From NCBI GenBank assembly GCA_038243585.1, contig JBBSQY010000070.1, positions 1-11,617 of the forward strand: a DNA stretch of 11,617 nt. Direction: 5' to 3'. The notes under the pieces are model-generated. The model made no database searches. It was given only the letters and a program-made list of their open reading frames with translations, and had not been told where the DNA came from. Origin of the DNA: Candidatus Sumerlaeales bacterium. Its GTDB lineage: Bacteria > Sumerlaeota > Sumerlaeia > Sumerlaeales > Sumerlaeaceae. Both the position numbers and the translations under genes were made by a program. Below, one piece after another: positions 5,507 to 11,617 of this stretch. The first letter of the stretch is position 1. Every line of letters begins with the position of its first letter.

Positions 5507-8230
5507 CTAACACTCATTCCAGTTATCTCCCCAACCCGCTTCCACCAGCACTGGGACGGACAGGGGCAGGGCGTATTCCATTTCTGTTAGCACCAGTTCC
5601 CGCAGCTTTTCCAGTTCTTCCTTTGGCACATCAAAAATCAGTTCATCATGCACCTGCATGATCATTCGGGCCGCATACCCTTCGTCCTTCATTCGTTTGT
5701 CGATGCGGATCATGGCGATCTTGATCATGTCAGCGCTGGTGCCCTGGATCGGAGCGTTTGTGGCGACCCGCTCCGCCGCGTTTCGGGCGTTAAAATTCTT
5801 AGATCGGATGTCTGCCAGGTAACGCCGCCGCCCGCTAACGGTTTCCACATACCCGTTGTTTCGCGCGTCCACCAGGGTCTGATCGAGCCAGCTTCGGACG
5901 CCCGCATAGCCCTTAAAGTACTCTTCAATAAACGAACGTGCCGTGGCAAACGGAATCCTCAGGCGCGAACTCAGTCCCTGTGCTCCCATGCCATAGATGA
6001 CCCCGAAGTTGACCATCTTGGCCACCCCGCGCATTTCGCTGCTCACCATTTCCACCGGGATGTCGTAAACCTTCGACGCTGTGAGCGTATGGACATCAAT
6101 GCCCGTGTTGAACGCCTCTACGAGCGCTGGGTCGCCTGTCACGTGTGCCAGCACACGCAGTTCGATCTGGCTGTAATCCGCCGCCAGCAAAACTCGATCT
6201 TTCGAGGATGGTACAAATCCCTGCCGAATTTTTCGCCCCCACTCCGTCCGGATGGGAATGTTTTGGAGATTCGGATCGCTGCTACTCAGGCGGCCCGTGG
6301 CGGCTACCGCCTGATTATAGCTGGTATGTATGCGCCCGGTTTCTCGGCATATCAGCGTCGGCAATACATCAATATAGGTGCCTTTCAGCTTCTCAAACTG
6401 GCGATATTCCGCCAGCAGACCCGGCACTTCGTGCTCGCAGGCTAATTGCTCGAGCACTTCAATGTCCGTAGAAAACCCGGTTTTTTTCGATTTCACCGGC
6501 TTTAATCCCAGGTCTTCAAACAGCACCTGCGCCACCTGCTTAGGGGAGCCGATGTTAAACTCTTTGTCGCACTTCTGGTAAATGTCCTGCCGAAGCCGGT
6601 CCAGGTGCGCGTCTGTTTCCACGGCCAGCTGCTTAAAATGTGGCCGATCAATACAAACGCCTGTCGATTCCATATCCATCAGGACCTGCACCAGCGGCAG
6701 TTCAATGGTCTCCAACAGATTCCGCGCATTAAGTTCATCCAGCTTTGGATCAAAGTACTGCGTAAGTTGAAGCGTAACATCCGCATCCGCCGCAGCGTAT
6801 TGCGTGGCCGCCTCCAGTTCCACCTTATCAAAGGTCATCTGGGTCTTGCCTTTGCCGATTAAATCCGTGATTTTCGTCATCTGTATTCGCAGCACATCCG
6901 CCGCCAGGTCTTTCAGGCCGTGGTTCCGCCGATCCGCGTTGATCAGATAACTGGCCAGCAGGGAATCTCCCGATGCCTTGTCCAGCCCCAGCCCGTGACG
7001 CCGCAGCAGATGCCAGTCAAACTTCAGGTTGTGTGCATACTTTTTGATCGTCGGATCAGCCAACACCGGCGCCAATTCTCGCTGCAGCACGCTGAGTGGC
7101 AACTGCTCTACCTCTTCGCGCACGCCGAGGGGGCCAGTGTGCGCCAGCGGAATGTAAACCGCGTCGTTTGGCGTCACGCAGAGAGAGACGCCAACCAGCT
7201 CAGCCACGATAACCTGCAACCGGTCTGTTTCTACATCCAGCGCAACAAATCCCGCGTCCCGGATCTTTTGGACAAATTCCCGAAGTTCATCTTCCGTGGT
7301 AATGGCACGGTAGTTTGTCTCACGATCCGGAAAATTTACAGCGGCTTCCTCCTGACTGGATCCCGTTTCCAGATCGCTCACCAGCTTGCGGAATTCCAGT
7401 TCGCGATAAATAGCCAGCAGGGACGGCAGATCCGGCTCCGCCATTTCGCATCCGTCTGCATCGCAATCCATCGGCACATCATAACGCAGAGCAACCAGCT
7501 TCTGGCTCAGCAGCGCGCTCTCCCGCCCCGCTTCTACGTATTCCGCCTGCTTTCCTTTCAGCTCACCCGCGTGCTTTAGCACCTCTTCCAGCGTCCCGTA
7601 CTTTTCCAGAAGCGTTGCCGCGGTTTTCATTCCGATGCGGGGGATGCCTGGAATGTTGTCCGACGTATCTCCCACCATAGAAAGCAGATCACCGATCTGT
7701 TCTGGGTACACGCCCATTTTTGCCATGACAGCCTCGCGGTCGTACACCGTTTCAGAATCCGGCTGCAGGCGGAGCACCCGCACCTGCTCGTTCACCAGTT
7801 GAAACAGATCCTTGTCCGCCGTCACCACATGAACATTATATCCCTTGGCCGTCGCCTGTCGCGTCAGTGTCGCGATCACATCGTCTGCCTCGAAGCCGGG
7901 CGCTGTAATCACCTTCATGTTCATGCTGGTCAGGATCCGGTTGATGTACTCCATTTGCTGCCCAAAATCTTCCGGCGGCGCGCCGCGGTTTGCCTTGTAA
8001 GCTTCATACAGTTCATGGCGAAACGTCGGATGCTTCGTATCAAACACAACCACCATGTGGCGCGGCGCTCGCGATTTTATCAGCCGGTGCAATATCGCCA
8101 CAAATCCATAAACCGCGTTTGTGGGTATTCCTGTGGAAGTGGAAAGCTGGCGAATTCCATGATAAGCCTTAAAAACCTGGCTGTGGCCATCAATTATGTA
8201 AATCTCTTTAGGGGCGGGTGAGTCTGTCAT
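5507..8230 (-). CDS. polA: DNA polymerase I
   Basis: 907 aa. 5'-3' exonuclease domain (IIDGHS, PTNAVYGF, YKANR, EADDVIATL, GDTSDNIPG), 3'-5' exonuclease motifs with acidic residues retained (LDVET, HNLKFD, YAAADA), and polymerase motifs TGRLSSSDPNLQNIP, DYSQIELR, KMVNFGVIYG and QVHDEL. Confidence 0.99.
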   Translation of the reverse strand: MTDSPAPKEIYIIDGHSQVFKAYHGIRQLSTSTGIPTNAVYGFVAILHRLIKSRAPRHMVVVFDTKHPTFRHELYEAYKANRGAPPEDFGQQMEYINRILTSMNMKVITAPGFEADDVIATLTRQATAKGYNVHVVTADKDLFQLVNEQVRVLRLQPDSETVYDREAVMAKMGVYPEQIGDLLSMVGDTSDNIPGIPRIGMKTAATLLEKYGTLEEVLKHAGELKGKQAEYVEAGRESALLSQKLVALRYDVPMDCDADGCEMAEPDLPSLLAIYRELEFRKLVSDLETGSSQEEAAVNFPDRETNYRAITTEDELREFVQKIRDAGFVALDVETDRLQVIVAELVGVSLCVTPNDAVYIPLAHTGPLGVREEVEQLPLSVLQRELAPVLADPTIKKYAHNLKFDWHLLRRHGLGLDKASGDSLLASYLINADRRNHGLKDLAADVLRIQMTKITDLIGKGKTQMTFDKVELEAATQYAAADADVTLQLTQYFDPKLDELNARNLLETIELPLVQVLMDMESTGVCIDRPHFKQLAVETDAHLDRLRQDIYQKCDKEFNIGSPKQVAQVLFEDLGLKPVKSKKTGFSTDIEVLEQLACEHEVPGLLAEYRQFEKLKGTYIDVLPTLICRETGRIHTSYNQAVAATGRLSSSDPNLQNIPIRTEWGRKIRQGFVPSSKDRVLLAADYSQIELRVLAHVTGDPALVEAFNTGIDVHTLTASKVYDIPVEMVSSEMRGVAKMVNFGVIYGMGAQGLSSRLRIPFATARSFIEEYFKGYAGVRSWLDQTLVDARNNGYVETVSGRRRYLADIRSKNFNARNAAERVATNAPIQGTSADMIKIAMIRIDKRMKDEGYAARMIMQVHDELIFDVPKEELEKLRELVLTEMEYALPLSVPVLVEAGWGDNWNEC

Positions 8231-8236
8231 AAAGAG

Positions 8237-8267
8237 AGACTACCAGCAGGGAAGAGAAAAGCGTCAA
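8237..8267 (-). promoter_or_regulatory. Putative sigma70 promoter of polA (TTGACG-N19-TAGTCT with extended -10 TG), probably leaderless
   Basis: TTGACG at 8267-8262, TG-G-TAGTCT at 8245-8237, then 6 nt (CTCTTT) to ATG 8230. The upstream stretch is pyrimidine-rich with no SD. The 19-nt spacer is long. Confidence 0.55.
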
Positions 8268-8349
8268 CGCCGAAGAGTATGTTTTTCCTCGTTCTATTTG
8301 AGCAACATTGGCGTCAGATAGCCAGGTAGTTAATTATCAGCGTTTTCAC

Positions 8350-8922
8350 TCACTGATACAGCGCGTGCTTTGCTATGTAATCGAGAACAATTGCAGGCAC
8401 AGCACCGGTTGGTGTTTCGCCGGCAGCGAGGGTTTGGCGGATTCTCGTGCTGCTTACATCTGGCAGGGCGGCCTCAAATGCAGTTCCGCCGTGGATGACA
8501 CCTTCCGAGATACGAGGGATGACCAGCAGGGGAGCTATGATGGTGAGTTCTTTGAACGCGCGCCACTTTTGTGTATCCGGCAAAATGTCGCCGCCGACCA
8601 AGAGGCGAAAATTTTCGTCCGGACGCAGCCGCGTGAGCTCCTGAACAGTGTCTATGGTATAGCTGACGCCGCCAATCTGCCGCTCCACATCGGTAAGTTC
8701 AACGGCGTCGCCGAGGTGTGCGAACGCGAGGCGGCACATGGCGAGGCGGTGATCAAACGGCGGCAAAGGCTTGCCGAATGGATGCGCGAAGCTGGGCACG
8801 ATCAGCACTTTTTTCAGATTCCAACGGAGTAGCGCGTAATGACAGGCGAGCACATGACCCATGTGCGGCGGGCTGAAGCTGCCACCGAACAGTCCGGTGC
8901 AGCCCTGTGCTTCGTCTTCCAT
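8350..8922 (-). CDS. nadD: Nicotinate-nucleotide adenylyltransferase
   Basis: 190 aa with LFGGSFSPPHMGH (HxGH), HPFGK, SYTIDTV, LLVGGD, VSSTRIR and a VLDYIAKHALY C-terminus. Confidence 0.93.
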   Translation of the reverse strand: MEDEAQGCTGLFGGSFSPPHMGHVLACHYALLRWNLKKVLIVPSFAHPFGKPLPPFDHRLAMCRLAFAHLGDAVELTDVERQIGGVSYTIDTVQELTRLRPDENFRLLVGGDILPDTQKWRAFKELTIIAPLLVIPRISEGVIHGGTAFEAALPDVSSTRIRQTLAAGETPTGAVPAIVLDYIAKHALYQ

Positions 8923-8934
8923 TCGGGGAGTCCG

Positions 8935-9957
8935 TTAGACCGTTCGAGCGGTGAGGTATTCCGTCACTTCGAGCAGACGGACGCGCAGACCATCCGGCAG
9001 TGGCTGGAGCGCGGCGATCGCTTGTTGTTTCAAATCTTCACAACGGGCGTCCGCCGCCTGCATGGCGCCACACTTTTCAAATATCGAAAGAACAGTCTGC
9101 ACATCGGCATCCGTGGTGTCATCGCGCGGCAGATCAAGAATCGTCATCAAGCGATTTTGATCTTCCGCCGCCGCATGCTCCAGGGCATGAGCCACAAGGA
9201 AGCTGCGTTTTCCTTCTCGAATATCATTACCGATAGAACCGCGCCCTTTGCCGTGGGTGAGGTCGATCACGTCGTCGCGAATCTGAAACATGGGGCCAAT
9301 CATGAGGCCGAATGTGCCAAGGGCTGCTGTCACATCCGCTGCGGCATCGGCACAAATCCCGCCGGCGATCATGGGTGCTGCCAGATAATGCCCGGTCTTT
9401 TCCGTTACCAGGTGCATGTAATCGTCTACGGTAATACGCGATTCCCGGGCGTTCATATCCAAGGCTTGACCGCGATGGGTATGGTCCAGGGTCGAGCGCA
9501 TCAGCTCAAACAAGCGCACTTGGCGATCCGGGGGAGTACTATAGCTGTCCAGTAGCAGGGCTTCAAAAACTTTTGTGAAGAGGTAGTCGCCAATATTGAT
9601 GGCGTGGGGCAGACCGTATTTTTTCCAGACGGCAGGGCGACCGCGCCGCATCTCGTCGCCGTCTTCTATGTCGTCATGCACGAGACAAAAGTTGTGCATC
9701 AGTTCAATGGCCGCGGCGAAGGGCAGGGCCGGGCGGGCGTTGCCGCTCAGCTCCCGGCAAACCAGCAGGCAGAGCAGCGGACGGATGCGTTTACCGGAAT
9801 TGCCGCCATCCGGATCAAGACCCAGAGAATAGGCCAGACCATCGTCCAAATTGGCAATGGGGTTTTTGTGAGGTGTTATGATCTTGCGCAGGGTGTCGTC
9901 GACCAAACCCTGCGATTCATTAAAAAAGCTATCCAGTTCCGGAGAAAGACGGTTCAT
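8935..9957 (-). CDS. Short-chain polyprenyl diphosphate synthase (type-I / IdsA-like GGPP synthase)
   Basis: 340 aa with GKRIRP, FARM HNFCLVHDDIEDGDEMRRG, AINIGD, GQALD, KT and SARM FQIRDDVID, followed by DIREGKRS. Confidence 0.93.
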   Translation of the reverse strand: MNRLSPELDSFFNESQGLVDDTLRKIITPHKNPIANLDDGLAYSLGLDPDGGNSGKRIRPLLCLLVCRELSGNARPALPFAAAIELMHNFCLVHDDIEDGDEMRRGRPAVWKKYGLPHAINIGDYLFTKVFEALLLDSYSTPPDRQVRLFELMRSTLDHTHRGQALDMNARESRITVDDYMHLVTEKTGHYLAAPMIAGGICADAAADVTAALGTFGLMIGPMFQIRDDVIDLTHGKGRGSIGNDIREGKRSFLVAHALEHAAAEDQNRLMTILDLPRDDTTDADVQTVLSIFEKCGAMQAADARCEDLKQQAIAALQPLPDGLRVRLLEVTEYLTARTV

Positions 9958-9963
9958 AGAAAT

Positions 9964-9969
9964 AGATTA
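9964..9969 (-). promoter_or_regulatory. Putative -10 element (TAATCT) for a leaderless prenyl synthase-nadD transcript
   Basis: TAATCT-ATTTCT-ATG(9957) within the 45-nt divergent gap; no SD. Confidence 0.5.
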
Positions 9970-10002
9970 CACATCCAGAGGTTTGTTGGCGGGAACGATC
10001 TT

Positions 10003-10818
10003 ATGAAGAAAAAATTCCCTGAACGGAAAGACTTAGGTCTTTCCGAAAATGATACCCAACTTAACACTATCCGCCTGCAGAAATTCCTTTCGGAGGCGGG
10101 GTTGTGCTCACGTCGCGGCGCGGCAGAAATAGTGGATGCCCGGCGAGTGATGGTAGATGGCGTGCTGGCTGACAGCCTGGGCATGCGTATTGACCCGAAA
10201 CGTTCGAAGGTGCTGGTCGACGGCAGGCCGGTGCAATCGGTACGCGCTCGTTCGTTTACATACCTTGCTCTCAATAAACCTCGTGGTTTTATTACCACGT
10301 TGGATGATCCGGGCGGTCGAAAGACCGTGCTTGATCTGTTAAAGGGCGTGCGCGACCGCGTTGTGCCGGTGGGGCGACTCGATCGTGATTCCGAAGGTCT
10401 ATTACTTTTTACGAACGATGGCGACCTCATTTATCGCCTGACGCACCCGAAATATGAGATTGAAAAGGAATACCAGGTCACAGTAAACGGACTGCCACGC
10501 GAAGACGACCTGCAGGACATGCGTGAGGGTATTGAGATTGAAGGCCAGGTTACGCTGCCTGCACGCGTTTGGATTCGTGAGGTGCGCGAAGGAGCCGGAG
10601 AGGGCGGCGCGCCGGTGACTGTAATGGGCGTGGTGCTGAAAGAGGGCCGCAAGCGCCAGGTGCGGCGCATGTGTGAAGCTGTGGGTCTGGATGTGCGCCG
10701 ACTGATGCGTGTGCGTGAGGGCAAGATCGAACTGGGCGACATGAAGCAAGGCAGCTACCGGGTGCTCAAGCAGAATGAAGTGAAGGCGCTGAAAAAAGAG
10801 ACGGGATTGATAGAGTAG
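10003..10818 (+). CDS. rRNA pseudouridine synthase, RsuA/RluB family (271 aa)
   Basis: S4 domain RLQKFLSEAGLCSRR, YLALNKPRG, catalytic PVGRLDRDSEGLLLFTNDG, LTHPKYEIEKEY and EGRKRQVRRMCEAVG. Start moved to ATG 10003 because the track's 9604 extension overlaps the prenyl synthase gene antisense. Confidence 0.95.
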   Translation: MKKKFPERKDLGLSENDTQLNTIRLQKFLSEAGLCSRRGAAEIVDARRVMVDGVLADSLGMRIDPKRSKVLVDGRPVQSVRARSFTYLALNKPRGFITTLDDPGGRKTVLDLLKGVRDRVVPVGRLDRDSEGLLLFTNDGDLIYRLTHPKYEIEKEYQVTVNGLPREDDLQDMREGIEIEGQVTLPARVWIREVREGAGEGGAPVTVMGVVLKEGRKRQVRRMCEAVGLDVRRLMRVREGKIELGDMKQGSYRVLKQNEVKALKKETGLIE

Positions 10819-10826
10819 CATACGGA

Positions 10827-10870
10827 ATTTGACGCGAAGAGGCGACAGAAGAGCAGAAGCAGAAAGAACA
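10827..10870. repeat. Left, purine-rich arm of a REP-like imperfect inverted repeat
   Basis: ATTTGACGCGAAGAGGCG... pairs with 11257-11275 on the + strand, using two G-T wobbles, one bulge and one mismatch. Confidence 0.4.
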
Positions 10871-10881
10871 GTTTCTTTGTA

Positions 10882-11181
10882 TTATTTGGCTGCAACTATA
10901 CCAAAAGCATACGGCTTGAACTGAAATTCTTCACCAGTAATATGTTGAAGTTTTCCACCTTTTTGTTTGAAATCAGATACTAACTCCAGAGCTAAACCAA
11001 TAGCCAGACACAAAGCTTGAAGCGAGTTATCTCCGTATATGTCAATTTCTCTCTGGAGGGGCTGCACGGACACAGGACATGCCCATGCATTTTCAACTTG
11101 GTAGGGTAGACCAATCTCCACAATTATTTTAAAGCGCTCTTCATTCGGCCGTTGTCCATAAATTGTTGTTTGAGCAATCAC
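10882..11181 (-). CDS. Small hypothetical protein, DUF6968-like
   Basis: 99 aa, GTG start with an AGGTGA SD-like sequence upstream. The pattern IGLP...WACPV...IYGDNSLQALCLAI resembles DUF6968 as I recall it (not searched). About 42% GC by hand count over 240 nt. Confidence 0.7.
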   Translation of the reverse strand: MIAQTTIYGQRPNEERFKIIVEIGLPYQVENAWACPVSVQPLQREIDIYGDNSLQALCLAIGLALELVSDFKQKGGKLQHITGEEFQFKPYAFGIVAAK

Positions 11182-11243
11182 AAATCACCTGTGGCTTTCT
11201 CCTATTTCTACTTCTAAAAAAATGCTTTTCTTACTCTTGTTTT

Positions 11244-11275
11244 TCTTTGTGTCCTCCGCGTCTTTGTGTCGAAAT
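11244..11275. repeat. Right, pyrimidine-rich arm of a REP-like element with an internal direct repeat
   Basis: TCTTTGTGTC-CTCCGCG-TCTTTGTGTC-GAAAT: a 10-nt direct repeat at 11244-11253 and 11261-11270, complementary to the arm at 10827-10844. Confidence 0.5.
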
Positions 11276-11284
11276 GTCGGCTAC

Positions 11285-11617
11285 TCACTTCCGCGTTTCC
11301 TTTAATAGTTTAAGCGTTTCCCAGATGGTTTTGAACAGGGGCAGTTTGCTACGGCTTCGTTTTTGATCGTAGCGCAGCACAAAGGGAATCTCTGTAATGC
11401 GCTGGGTCATATGGCTTAAGCGGACCAGCAGTTCATCGGTGCAGGCGAACCCTTCACGCTGGATCAGTCCGTCACCATATTTGGCCAGCGCGTCACTTAT
11501 CAGTCCGGCATGGTAAGCCCTGAACCCACAAGTGTAGTCCCGGACGCCAGGAAGACGCAGAATTGTTTGAAATACGTAACGAGCAGTGCGGCTGAGCAGA
11601 GGACGAAATGGCGGAAC
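11285..11617 (-). CDS. Family 2 glycosyltransferase (polyprenol/dolichol-phosphate glycosyltransferase-like), C-terminal 110 aa only
   Basis: Not in the track, translated by hand: VPPFRPLLSRTARYVFQTILRLPGVRDYTCGFRAY...GFACTDELL...EIPFVLRYDQKRSRSKL...RK*. DxTxGFRAY, EIP and SK are typical of DPM-synthase-like GT2 enzymes. Confidence 0.88.
   Translation of the reverse strand, partial: VPPFRPLLSRTARYVFQTILRLPGVRDYTCGFRAYHAGLISDALAKYGDGLIQREGFACTDELLVRLSHMTQRITEIPFVLRYDQKRSRSKLPLFKTIWETLKLLKETRK

Noticed and set aside
5461..5510. Perfect AAAGGAGG on the + strand followed by GTG and a 12-aa ORF (MDNSAIPDFMSR)
   Set aside because: SD-to-start spacing is only 3 nt, and the sequence is explained as the complement of the polA terminator stem and U-tract.
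8860..8895. NadD motif GGSFSPPH has Ser where Asp/Asn is usual
   Set aside because: A single substitution with HxGH and the other motifs intact is not enough to claim altered function.
5648..9555. Long + strand ORFs antisense to polA, nadD and the prenyl synthase (265, 219, 174 and 238 aa)
   Set aside because: Antisense shadows typical of GC-rich coding DNA, with no recognisable motifs.
9604..10002. 133-aa N-terminal extension of the pseudouridine synthase, an apparent fusion
   Set aside because: Mostly antisense to the prenyl synthase gene. Family similarity begins only after ATG 10003.
11163..11366. 67-aa + strand ORF (…LCPPRLCVE…)
   Set aside because: A translation of the pyrimidine-rich repeat arm that overlaps two minus-strand genes.

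Overview
Chromosomal DNA from a bacterium, probably a diderm given the RND pump, at roughly 55% GC. Left part, minus strand: a heavy-metal-type RND efflux unit. It comprises a 168-aa His-rich leader ORF with a signal peptide and a C-terminal RAPP motif, an unusually long periplasmic adaptor, and a CusA/CzcA-family permease that runs off the window and is missing from the ORF track. Middle, minus strand: a type-I polyprenyl diphosphate synthase, nadD and polA. Right: a divergent RsuA/RluB-family pseudouridine synthase, a small low-GC DUF6968-like gene between REP-like inverted arms, and the 3' end of a GT2 glycosyltransferase. The main finding is a candidate metal-sensing ribosome-arrest switch. 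The last codons and stop of the RAPP leader are 12/13 complementary to the Shine-Dalgarno region of the adaptor gene about 150 nt downstream, so a ribosome stalled at RAPP would free that RBS. Separately, three genes likely to start transcripts share a TA(A/G)TCT-N6-ATG layout with no SD, suggesting leaderless mRNAs. All calls come from reading the sequence by eye; no searches were run.
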